Shown here in pieces: positions 9,770 through 19,049 of a DNA stretch of 54,986 bases (within the stretch, counting starts at the first letter, position 1; each line of letters begins with the position of its first letter). Source of the stretch: Thermofilaceae archaeon. Its GTDB lineage: Archaea > Thermoproteota > Thermoprotei > Thermofilales > Thermofilaceae. The translations under genes were made by a program, and so were the position numbers. The stretch is taken from positions 1 through 54,986 of the forward strand of contig JAVYWK010000013.1 of assembly GCA_038727095.1 (NCBI GenBank). The letters are read 5' to 3'. The notes beneath the pieces are model-generated. The model was not told the DNA's origin and did not search any database. It worked only from the letters and a program-made list of their open reading frames with translations.

Positions 9770-9842
9770 GGCTGTATCCTTCGCTCAACCGCTTTAAAAG
9801 GGTTCCCGGGCACCAGCTCCTAGCACGCCGGTATACCGCGAG

Positions 9843-10886
9843 TCATACCCTACGCCTCAGCAGCGCCTCCCGGAGGGCGAGGACCTTCCGCCTCGGCAGC
9901 CCCTCCCTGTAGCTCCTACCCGGGTACTCGCTGTGCGTCGTTGCCACGACCAACCGCCTCGGGCCGTGCACCTCCAGAAGCTGGAGCGGCACCCTGAGGA
10001 AATCCTCGACCCCCACCGAGTCGTTGAAGACGAGGTCGACGGGAGCCCCCGTGAAGAACACAGCGTCCCCGGCAATCCTCCGGGCTTCAACCACCTCCCC
10101 CACCCACTTGAGCGCCTCGGCCGGCGTCGACTTCGGCGATAGATCCAGCGGGTGGAGGCCGTCGTACAACCTCGCGAGCCTCTCCAGGAGGCCGCCCTTC
10201 CTCAAGTCCCCGTCGCAGTGGAGGATCGCGTACTTCCCAGCCCTCCTGACGGCCGAGGCGATGCGCTCGTGCCAGGGCAGGTACACCTCCTCGTAGAAGC
10301 TCCAGCTGTAGCTGGGCCCCGAGTAGGTGGCAGCGTCGTCCGCGACCCTGACGGCGTCGACGGCGTCCAGCTCCGCCCCAGCCTTCACAACCTCCAGTAC
10401 GACGCCCGCGATCCGCTCGTAGATCCTCAACGCCTCACCCCTCCTCAGCACGTAGAGCGAGCCGAAGCCGTAGCGGTGCAGCACCTGCCCCAGCTCCCAA
10501 CCCCTCCCACCGCTCGGCGGCGCGAAGAAGCCCTCCGCCGTCTCCGTCGGCCCGAGAACCTTCAGGATCAGAAACCTACCCTCAGCTAACCCCTTCACCC
10601 TCTCCAGGAAGCCCCTCACAGCGGCCTCCGCAGCCTCACCAGGGTCAGGCCAATCGTACGCGTCCGCGCGAACCCTGTCCAGCCAGGCGCCCAACCCCTC
10701 CCCCTCCAGCCTCCGGAAGGGGCCCCCAACCTCGAAGAAGCTCCGCCAACCCCCAACGCGGACCCCAGCCCCCAGCGCGTCGCTCACCGAAGCCTCAAAG
10801 CCCTTGTCGTCCGACTCCACGTGCAGCGCCGGCCGCTCAGGCTCCAACCCCTCGAAAACAGCCCTAACTAACCTTCTACCATCCAC
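9843..10886 (-). CDS. Uroporphyrinogen decarboxylase/MtaA-like TIM-barrel protein
   Basis: Y.WPDP, V.DD.A...GP, ILHCDG and LHPLD motifs. GTG 10886 chosen as start, with a TTTAAG box about 25 nt upstream. Confidence 0.75.
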   Translation of the reverse strand: MDGRRLVRAVFEGLEPERPALHVESDDKGFEASVSDALGAGVRVGGWRSFFEVGGPFRRLEGEGLGAWLDRVRADAYDWPDPGEAAEAAVRGFLERVKGLAEGRFLILKVLGPTETAEGFFAPPSGGRGWELGQVLHRYGFGSLYVLRRGEALRIYERIAGVVLEVVKAGAELDAVDAVRVADDAATYSGPSYSWSFYEEVYLPWHERIASAVRRAGKYAILHCDGDLRKGGLLERLARLYDGLHPLDLSPKSTPAEALKWVGEVVEARRIAGDAVFFTGAPVDLVFNDSVGVEDFLRVPLQLLEVHGPRRLVVATTHSEYPGRSYREGLPRRKVLALREALLRRRV

Positions 10887-11028
10887 GCGCCAGCTAGAGC
10901 GGGGCCGCTTAAAGACCCTGCGATGCAACCCACACCCGTAAACTTGTACAATGTACGACTCCGACGGAAACCCGTAACTTTCAGGCTTCAGCGAAAAAAG
11001 CCCCTCTTTTCCCCATAACACAGGGAAA

Positions 11029-11436
11029 ATGAGGTTTGCGAAAACCAAATGGTTGGCCCTCGCGTTCGCGGCTCTATTCACTATAGCCCTGTTGGCTGTA
11101 TTGACTCACGCGATCGACTGCTGTTACACCCGCTACGCCGTAATAGACTCAAGTGAACACTGGGTCAGAGCCTGCGCACTCGCCTACGGGACTAACGCTG
11201 ACAACTCCTACGGCTATGCAAGAGGGGAGGTGGACACAGGCTATGTGAAAGTCGTAGGATGCACTGAAAGAGTTACGTGCGTTGTAAAATGGGGATCCCC
11301 GTACGCTTCGATCTACTTCCAGCCTGGCACTGTTGGTACATGGTTGAGGTCGATGGCTCAATGGAATAGCAGGGACTGGTTTACTGCTGAAGCGGAAAGC
11401 GTTTTATCTGGCCAAACTTGGTTCTGCAGGGTTTAA
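11029..11436 (+). CDS. Secreted small Cys-rich protein (Sec signal peptide plus about 107-aa mature part with 6 Cys)
   Basis: MRFAKTK, hydrophobic core, then THA|ID predicted cleavage; aromatic/Gly-rich mature region; AT-richer DNA than its neighbours. Confidence 0.8.
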   Translation: MRFAKTKWLALAFAALFTIALLAVLTHAIDCCYTRYAVIDSSEHWVRACALAYGTNADNSYGYARGEVDTGYVKVVGCTERVTCVVKWGSPYASIYFQPGTVGTWLRSMAQWNSRDWFTAEAESVLSGQTWFCRV

Positions 11437-11439
11437 AGG

Positions 11440-12819
11440 ATGGGGTGTAGCGGTAGAAAGGGTAAAGCGATTCATCACCTTTTTCTCATAATCCTTTTAC
11501 TCCTTCCCATCACTTGCTCGGCCCAGCGGGAGACGCTACCCCCAGCCCTCCGTGATGAGAGGTTTCCAACCGGTACCTACCTTGTCTACGAGGTTTCACA
11601 CAACGCCTCCAGAACCACTGGATTCGCTAAAGGCCTGTTTGAGGATTGGGGGAAAGAAATGGAAACCTTTTTCAATCGTACACCGGTATTTCTGATACAC
11701 ATCGGGATATCGAACTTCACGGAGACGATTCTAACGGGGCAGGAAGCCTATAGCGGCTTGATAGCTAGTGTTGATAAAGCGGTTCTCATAATCGAGGTTT
11801 TGAACGCGACGGAAGCATTCTATTTAGTCAACTACACTATCGTATTTTACAACTTTTCAGCCTACACTCCTGAGATTTATCGCAACATCTTCGAAAGCTT
11901 CTTCGGTTTTAGGATGGAGTTGAAGGAAATTGTTAAGGAGGAGGGTAGGATCAAGCGGGCCACCATCTCGCTGCCCCTCTTTTCCGTGACTAGGCTCCTC
12001 CTCGTGGACAAGCGGACAAACGAGGTGCTGGACTTCGAGACGGGGGAGGGGCTCGGCGAGTGGATCCATTGGCTCCAAGAGGACGACTTGAGGAGCGAAG
12101 CGACGGTAATCCTGGCGGACTTCAAGGGTGCACCTTTTGGGGAGGAAAACGTTTACAACGCAGTTCTCGTCTACGTCAATTCGAGCTGGAAGAGCCCCCT
12201 CGACTACGCGCACGGGTCGGTTAGGGTGAAGAGGGCGAAAACGGCCGTTGGGAGAACGCACCCTGGCATCGCCAGGTGGAGGCACCACGAGCGGATGAGG
12301 GGGACGCTGGAGTGGTTGGCAAGAGATTGGGAGCGCTTCGGCTACCGTGTGGTGGACTACGGGAATGGGACTGTGGAGCTAGTGAACGTTCTGTTATCCG
12401 AAGTCTACGAGCGCGCGATAGCCCATAAACCCTGGAGGTTGGGCGAGCACACGGTAAAGGGTAGGCCCCCTGAGCTGCTAACGTTCGTGAGGGTCGATTA
12501 CGCCGGGTATCCGCACTTTGTGGATCCATCACCGGAATTCAACTTGGTTTACGAGGTCGGCCGTGGCGTTCTGCTTCTGTATAACCAGTCGCTTGGTAGT
12601 ATCCGCTCGCCCTTCCTCAACTACCTTTCACGCGGCGAGCTCAGGGTAAGGGCTTCCACTCTACCGGGAGCTCTGGAGCTGAGGCTGGTTGACACGAACC
12701 TGGTTCTCGATGTGCCGGAGCTCGGGGGGCCTGGCGGGCCTGATGAGCAGCTGCACTTCCTAGTCTTCGCGCTTGCCGCCGCCGCAGCCCTCCTACTCGC
12801 GCTGGGGTGGAGAAGGTGA
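11440..12819 (+). CDS. Large secreted protein with C-terminal TM anchor, unknown function
   Basis: Signal peptide (LFLIILLLLPITCSA), several N-x-S/T sequons, C-terminal LVFALAAAAALLLALGWRR; starts 3 nt after the upstream stop. Confidence 0.85.
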   Translation: MGCSGRKGKAIHHLFLIILLLLPITCSAQRETLPPALRDERFPTGTYLVYEVSHNASRTTGFAKGLFEDWGKEMETFFNRTPVFLIHIGISNFTETILTGQEAYSGLIASVDKAVLIIEVLNATEAFYLVNYTIVFYNFSAYTPEIYRNIFESFFGFRMELKEIVKEEGRIKRATISLPLFSVTRLLLVDKRTNEVLDFETGEGLGEWIHWLQEDDLRSEATVILADFKGAPFGEENVYNAVLVYVNSSWKSPLDYAHGSVRVKRAKTAVGRTHPGIARWRHHERMRGTLEWLARDWERFGYRVVDYGNGTVELVNVLLSEVYERAIAHKPWRLGEHTVKGRPPELLTFVRVDYAGYPHFVDPSPEFNLVYEVGRGVLLLYNQSLGSIRSPFLNYLSRGELRVRASTLPGALELRLVDTNLVLDVPELGGPGGPDEQLHFLVFALAAAAALLLALGWRR

Positions 12820-13328
12820 GGCTGGAGCTCGCTCTAGCCCTAGCGCTGGCTCTAGCGCTAACCCCAACCCTCTTCCTCGACGATTTAGCCAACCCCGACC
12901 CGACGAACCTCAACGTGCGCGGTGGTGCAAGCATCGGGGGCGTGAGCATGCCCCTACTGGAGCACGAGGAGCTGGCTCTCCTTCACGTTAACGACACCCT
13001 CACGGTGGAGGTGAAGGTTCACGGGTGCGAGCTCCTCAACTACACGCTGAGGGTTACGCACGTTCACACGGGTCGGAGCTACGAGTACGTGGGTGGCGCC
13101 CGCACGCCCTTCCCAGTCTTCACGGCGGAGCTGGGCGGCGTCTACAGGGTCCAGCTGGCGCTAGCGCTGGAAACCGACCGCCCCTGCGCCGTCGATATCC
13201 TGATCTACTACACGCGGGGGGAGAAGCCGGGGTACGGTCGACTGTACCGGCTCGAGCTGCTGGCGGGATCGGCTGTTCTGGCCGTGGTGGGGGCCTATGG
13301 GGTTAGGAAGGTTCGGGAGGTTTCTTAG
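12807..13328 (+). CDS. Membrane protein with N- and C-terminal TM helices around a small beta-rich domain
   Basis: (LA)n N-terminal helix and LLAGSAVLAVVGAYG C-terminal helix; overlaps both neighbours. Confidence 0.7.
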   Translation: MEKVRLELALALALALALTPTLFLDDLANPDPTNLNVRGGASIGGVSMPLLEHEELALLHVNDTLTVEVKVHGCELLNYTLRVTHVHTGRSYEYVGGARTPFPVFTAELGGVYRVQLALALETDRPCAVDILIYYTRGEKPGYGRLYRLELLAGSAVLAVVGAYGVRKVREVS

Positions 13329-14082
13329 GGCTGTAGCCTGGTACATTTCATTCTTCAACCTCTGGGCCGTCTCGCTGGCCCTCACCTTCGCATACCTCTA
13401 CACGTACGATCGATTCCGGATAGAGGCAGTAACTCTACACGGCTTCGGCCCCCTCGAGGAGGCAGCGAGCCGCTTCCTCATCGGCACGGCCTACACGCAC
13501 CTCGAAGCGATGATCGCGAGCATGCACCTGGCTCTACTGGCCGCAATCCTCTTCTCCTTCGAGGAGGGGGAGGGGCTCTCCTACATCCGCTACTCCGCCG
13601 GTCTAGGCCGCTTGTCGAGCTACGCGGCGAAGCTCGCGGCTTCGACGCTCCTCTTCACCGCCCCGCTGCTCGCGGCGAAGGCTATCGTCATCCTCTCCTG
13701 GGACTACAGAGTGCTCTTCAACCCGTTCTTCGCCCCCTCCCTCCTCTCCCTCTTCTCGAACCTGTCGCTGTACGCCCTGTACCTCACGCCGATTTTAGCG
13801 CTGCTCGCCATCCTCGTCAAGAGGCCCGCCTACTACCTGATCCTCATCTTCCTCGAGCTCTACATCATCGAGGGCAGGCTGGAGCTCCTGGGTGTCCGCC
13901 GCCTCTACAGCAGCGCCGCCCTCTGGTGGCCTCTGGGCTTTATCACGACGGCCCGCGGCTCCGTCTTCTCGCCACCCCACGCTCTCATCATACTGTTCCC
14001 GCAGCGCTTCCTAGCGTCCCTCGCCTGCGCCGCGCTGACGCTCGCCTGGTACCGGCTGAAGGGTGAGGTTCGATGGAGGTAG
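13297..14082 (+). CDS. ABC-2-type transporter permease (about 6 TM)
   Basis: Multiple TM helices and an E...G...R.....AKL pattern typical of ABC-2 permeases; coupled to the ABC ATPase. Confidence 0.7.
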   Translation: MGLGRFGRFLRAVAWYISFFNLWAVSLALTFAYLYTYDRFRIEAVTLHGFGPLEEAASRFLIGTAYTHLEAMIASMHLALLAAILFSFEEGEGLSYIRYSAGLGRLSSYAAKLAASTLLFTAPLLAAKAIVILSWDYRVLFNPFFAPSLLSLFSNLSLYALYLTPILALLAILVKRPAYYLILIFLELYIIEGRLELLGVRRLYSSAALWWPLGFITTARGSVFSPPHALIILFPQRFLASLACAALTLAWYRLKGEVRWR

Positions 14083-14756
14083 TCGTGGCCGAGAACCTGA
14101 CGAAGAGGTTCGGCTTCACCGTGGCTCTGAAGGGCGTCAACCTGAAGCTGCGCCCCGGTCTCCACCTGCTCCTGGGCCCCAACGGGTCAGGCAAGACCAC
14201 GTTCCTCAAGCTGGTAGTGGGCATGCTGAAGCCCTCCTCGGGCCGGATCAGGGTTCTAGGCCTCGACCCGTGGAGGGACTACGTGAAGCTCTCCGAGCGC
14301 GTGTCCTTCGCCTTCGAGGGGTTGCCCCTGCCCTGGTGGGTCACCGGCAGGGAGTTCCTGAGGGCTCTCGCCTCGATGAGGGGCGGGGCATCGAGGTTGA
14401 ACGAGGCGGCGGACCTCCTCGGCGTCTCATCGTACTGGGGGAAGCTGCCGTTCACCTACTCCAGCGGCATGGCGAAGCGCCTGATCCTCCTCACAGCCCT
14501 AGCCTTCGACGCCCAGCTCTACGTCCTCGACGAGCCGTTCACGCTCCTCGACAGAGAGACTGTCAACGCCGTCGTCGGGGAGTGCGCGAGGCTGGTGGAG
14601 GAGGGGAGGACGCTGCTCGTCGCAACCCACTACATCCCGCCGGGCTTGAGCGGGGTGGCGGAGAGCCTGATACGCTTCGAGGGCGGGGAAGTGGTTGAGG
14701 TGCTCCAGGGGGAGGAGGCGAGAACCCGCCTCGAAGCCGTCCAGCTGAAGGGTTGA
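14073..14756 (+). CDS. ABC transporter ATP-binding protein (CcmA/ABC-2 type)
   Basis: Walker A GPNGSGKTT, signature YSSGM, Walker B YVLDEPF and ATH. Confidence 0.93.
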   Translation: MEVVVAENLTKRFGFTVALKGVNLKLRPGLHLLLGPNGSGKTTFLKLVVGMLKPSSGRIRVLGLDPWRDYVKLSERVSFAFEGLPLPWWVTGREFLRALASMRGGASRLNEAADLLGVSSYWGKLPFTYSSGMAKRLILLTALAFDAQLYVLDEPFTLLDRETVNAVVGECARLVEEGRTLLVATHYIPPGLSGVAESLIRFEGGEVVEVLQGEEARTRLEAVQLKG

Positions 14757-14834
14757 GCCGCAGTCGAGCCGTCACGACCGGGGGCCGGATAAGCGCCGGA
14801 TAGGTTAAAAACCAGGGTCGCCCACGCGGCCCTG

Positions 14835-15551
14835 ATGCAGGGGGTGGAGAGGGCGAAGCTGAACGCGGCGAAGGCCGTCCTGGGCGAGATAGAGGGGTGC
14901 AGCGTGGTCGGCGTCGGCACCGGGTCGACCGTGGAGAAGCTGATCGAGCTGCTGGGCGGGCTCGAGGGGTATCGGGGGAAGCTGTACGTCGCCTCCTCGA
15001 TCGATACGGCCCTCAAGCTCTCCAAGGCCGGGCTCCGGGTCCTCGACGCCTCCTTCGCGCCGGAGGTGGAGGTGTACGTGGACGGGGCGGACGAGGTGGA
15101 CGCCAGGTTGAGCATGATCAAGGGCGGCGGCGCGGCCGCCACGATGGAGAAGATCCTGGCACACTACGCGAGGAGGAGGGTCTTCATCGTCGACTACACG
15201 AAGCTGGTCGACAGGCTGGGGGAGAGGCACCCGGTCCCGATCGAGGTGCTCCCCCAGGCCCTCGGCCCAGTCCTCAGGAGGCTGGCGGAGTGGGGCTTCA
15301 AGGCGGAGCCCCGCTACCCGGGCAGGGGGAAGATGGGGCCCGTCGTGGCCGACACGGGGGGCGTCGTGGTGGACGTCTACACCGGCCCCATCGAGAACCC
15401 CGAGGAGCTGAACCTCAGGTTGAGGAGCCTACCCGGCGTCGTCGAGACCGGGCTCTTCATCGGCTACGCGGACGCCGTCTACGTGGGTTACCCCGACAGG
15501 GTGGAAGTCCGCGAAAGGGGCGGAGGGATTACCAGGGTAATACCTGTTTAG
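14835..15551 (+). CDS. rpiA: Ribose-5-phosphate isomerase A
   Basis: GVGTGST, DGADEVD, IKGGGAA, EK and PGVVETGLF. Confidence 0.96.
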   Translation: MQGVERAKLNAAKAVLGEIEGCSVVGVGTGSTVEKLIELLGGLEGYRGKLYVASSIDTALKLSKAGLRVLDASFAPEVEVYVDGADEVDARLSMIKGGGAAATMEKILAHYARRRVFIVDYTKLVDRLGERHPVPIEVLPQALGPVLRRLAEWGFKAEPRYPGRGKMGPVVADTGGVVVDVYTGPIENPEELNLRLRSLPGVVETGLFIGYADAVYVGYPDRVEVRERGGGITRVIPV

Positions 15552-15625
15552 TACGCTTGTAGCAAAAACACTTTCGAGGATCTAACCTCGGGGCCTTTTT
15601 CAGCCCGCGCGATCCCAGCCGACCG

Positions 15626-15913
15626 ATGGCCGCGAGAGTGGTGTCAATCGAGGAGTACGAGAGGAGGATCCTGTCGAAGCTGCTGAGGGAAGCCGGCGTA
15701 AACCCGGAACCCATCGTCGAGCGCTTCGTGAGGATGAGGGACGGCTACGCCGCCCGCCTCATCGAGCGCCTCTCCCGGATGGAGCCCGAAGAAGCCTCGC
15801 GCGCAGCCCAAAAGCTCCTCAAGTCGCAAAACCCCCTGGACAAAACCCTCGGAGCCTGGCTAGCATACCGGGAACCACCCCCAGCCCGAAGCCCCACACC
15901 CCTCTACCTCTAA
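15626..15913 (+). CDS. Small helical hypothetical protein (95 aa) upstream of the CRISPR leader
   Basis: Clean ORF with host codon usage and a T-rich box about 27 nt upstream; charged amphipathic helices. Confidence 0.65.
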   Translation: MAARVVSIEEYERRILSKLLREAGVNPEPIVERFVRMRDGYAARLIERLSRMEPEEASRAAQKLLKSQNPLDKTLGAWLAYREPPPARSPTPLYL

Positions 15914-16194
15914 ACCACCAAGCCCGCAAACCCCTCCCCCCACCACGCGCCCACCATGCCGCCAATGCCAGCCCTCGATTCGCGCAGACCCCCGCGCCGC
16001 CTAGAGCCACCGGCACCGTTGACGACCCTCAGCACACCATCGAATCACACGGACCCAGCGCCAAGCAGCAAACCCCGAGCAGCCGGACACCGCCACATCC
16101 CCCTCTACGATGAGCAGAGCGGCGCCAGCAGCACCTCTACGCGCGAAACAGCTAGGCAACCCCGCCTCCCTCACAGCCCCACCCCCAGGTCAGG

Positions 16195-16405
16195 ATCAAT
16201 AAAATAACGGAAAAGTGTGAGAACAATCGGGGCCGGGGGTATTTGAGGGTTTTGGACGGGGGTTGGGAACAACGCGGGGAAAACCGTTCTCAACGGGGAA
16301 CAAGCAGCCGCAACCATACACGGAAAGAGGATGTGCGCATAAAGGGAAAGAGAAAGCGGGAGAAAAACAGAAGAACTTAAAAACCCCCACACGAGACACA
16401 CAACG
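16195..16405 (+). promoter_or_regulatory. CRISPR leader
   Basis: A-rich non-coding stretch abutting the first perfect repeat; BRE/TATA-like AAGAACTTAAAA at about 16371-16383. Confidence 0.8.
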
Positions 16406-18827
16406 GACGCAATCAAGAGATAATAGAAAGGCAATGACAGCGGCATTAGCCAGCATCGCTATACAGCTTCTAAATTGACGCAATCAAGAGATAATAGAAA
16501 GACACAAATCTATGCGCGACACATTGCGGCGCTTGAATACTCTAGAGACGCAATCAAGAGATAATAGAAAGCCAACCCAGCCCTGCAGCCGGCACGTACC
16601 CCAGCATGCTGAGACGCAATCAAGAGATAATAGAAAGTATCGCAGATATAGAAGTATGCAAGCGGCCCGTCAGAGAGAGAGACGCAATCAAGAGATAATA
16701 GAAAGTAGTAGCTGCGGAACCGATAGTGTAACAAGTGGAACATTTTGTTAGACGCAATCAAGAGATAATAGAAAGCAGGTATAGTGGATCTGCACCAATG
16801 TACCATGGTATCCAGACGCAATCAAGAGATAATAGAAAGAGTGCGCTTATAACACCGAAAAGGAATGGTAAAGTGATTAGACGCAATCAAGAGATAATAG
16901 AAAGCATCAACGAGCTGGACGCCCTTGTGAGGGAGCTTGATGGGATCGCTCGACGCAATCAAGAGATAATAGAAAGTTCAAGCGCGGGTGAAGCGGCCGT
17001 GGAGAGGGCGAGCGGGACGCAATCAAGAGATAATAGAAAGACACAGATATTTACACATGGATTGCGGATACAACACAGCCGGCACGCGAGACGCAATCAA
17101 GAGATAATAGAAAGCTCGACAAGGGCAGTCTTTGCGGTGCCCGGGGGCCCGCGACGCAATCAAGAGATAATAGAAAGATCTTCATGCTCGCCGGCGGTGT
17201 CGTCGCCCTCCTCTTCTACGGACGCAATCAAGAGATAATAGAAAGTCCCTCTCGCGGCTGCCGGCGCACCTGACCCTCACACCGACGCAATCAAGAGATA
17301 ATAGAAAGCTTCATCTTGCAGATCCAGCAGCACATGGGTCACGACAGACGCAATCAAGAGATAATAGAAAGAGCCCCCGGCCGCCCCGGCCTCCCTGGTG
17401 GCCTTCATGAGACGCAATCAAGAGATAATAGAAAGTCCGCTGGAGGGTTGGGCGTCGTCGCGGAGCTGGGCCCCCGCGGACGCAATCAAGAGATAATAGA
17501 AAGGACCAGTAGGCCTTCCGCAGAGAACCGCGCATCGACGATATCCTCGACGCAATCAAGAGATAATAGAAAGTTCTTCTTTCGGGGCATTTTTCTCACC
17601 TAAAGGCTTTCAAAAGCTTGACGCAATCAAGAGATAATAGAAAGAGCAGCGTACTGGGTGAGGCTTCGATACTGGTCAGCTGCGCCCTCCAGACGCAATC
17701 AAGAGATAATAGAAAGTGAATACTCGCCCGAAAGCGGGACAGTCAGAGGATCTATTGACGCAATCAAGAGATAATAGAAAGGATTTTTTTGACTCCTTTT
17801 CCGTCGTAGACTATGAACTCCCCCGACGCAATCAAGAGATAATAGAAAGATATGATATGACGTTATATCATACGCTGCAGAATTTCTATAACATTGACGT
17901 GGACGCAATCAAGAGATAATAGAAAGAGTTATCTGAAAAGCCTACTCCAGTTACAATTTACTTACTGAGACGCAATCAAGAGATAATAGAAAGTGTAAGT
18001 CAACTGGGCTCCACAGTTTCTACAGTATACCTCTGACGCAATCAAGAGATAATAGAAAGGACCAATATCTTAACGCTGCTGCCGCTTCTGATCGTTTTAA
18101 TATTGGACGCAATCAAGAGATAATAGAAAGTAACCGTCTTTCGCCATTTTGCTTAACGTATTCTACCAGGACGCAATCAAGAGATAATAGAAAGTAGAAA
18201 CCTTCAGTATATACAATTCGTAACCTTCAATTTTAGCTGCAGACGCAATCAAGAGATAATAGAAAGTCATCATGCTGACAGCGTACGCCGGCTACCTGCA
18301 CTCGAAGACGCAATCAAGAGATAATAGAAAGGGGTCGACCTGGGCGGGAGGTGGGTTCCTTTGGCTGAGCTGGCGGACGCAATCAAGAGATAATAGAAAG
18401 AGCGTCCGATACAGGCGCTATCCACAACCACGGCAACCACGACGACGCAATCAAGAGATAATAGAAAGTGTCCTATAGACAGCCACCGCCGCCCGCGCCG
18501 GGTTGAAAGGCCAGACGCAATCAAGAGATAATAGAAAGCCGAGCGTCAGCTGCGCGGCATGCGCGCTCCTGTAGATGCGATCCTGACGCAATCAAGAGAT
18601 AATAGAAAGCTTGGTGTGGGTTGAGACGACGACGCAGCCGTTCAGCCTAGGAGACGCAATCAAGAGATAATAGAAAGGGGGAAGGGTAGGCTGACGTAGC
18701 CCCACCCCTTCAAGCGCTCCTCCAGGACGCAATCAAGAGATAATAGAAAAGGAAAAAATGGTATCCATTTTTGAGGTAGCGCTCGATCGCTATCATTAAT
18801 GAGACGCAATCGAGAGATGGGAAGTGG
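16406..18827 (+). CRISPR. CRISPR array with repeat GACGCAATCAAGAGATAATAGAAAG (25 nt): 36 repeats and 35 spacers of about 38-52 nt
   Basis: 34 identical repeats; repeat 35 (18726) ends GAAAA; repeat 36 (18803) is degenerate. Leader at the 5' end and decay at the 3' end give + orientation. Confidence 0.99.
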
Positions 18828-19049
18828 CTTGAGCTGTCTGCCGGGTTTAGAAGCTGCATCTTGCTGTTGAAGCGGTCGGGGGTTGAAACGTTGCTGCGGA
18901 TGCGGGTGGGGCTGCTGCTAGTCCTAATGGGATCGACGAGAGGGGGGCGAATCTCGTACTGGAGGTTGAGGGGGGTGGTTCGACCGGGGTTCTCTGCTGG
19001 GGGCTTTGGGCGGGGGTGTGGTTCTGCTTGGGGGTTGGTGAGGTTAGCT

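Noticed and set aside
10887-11081. N-terminal extension of the UroD-like ORF overlapping the secreted-peptide gene
   Set aside because: GTG 10886 has a TATA box at the right spacing; the extension runs through the divergent promoter region.
12825-12862. (LA)n repeat at the start of the 173-aa gene as a contingency locus
   Set aside because: The codons vary, so it is a hydrophobic helix rather than a slippage-prone DNA repeat.
16171-18524. ORFs inside the leader and CRISPR array (e.g. 16735..17238)
   Set aside because: They are translations of repeats and spacers (RRNQEIIES, TQSRDNRK), not genes.
15914-19049. Possible terminal inverted repeats or a mobile element flanking the CRISPR array
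   Set aside because: The flanks mirror each other in composition only, and no transposase or integrase is present.
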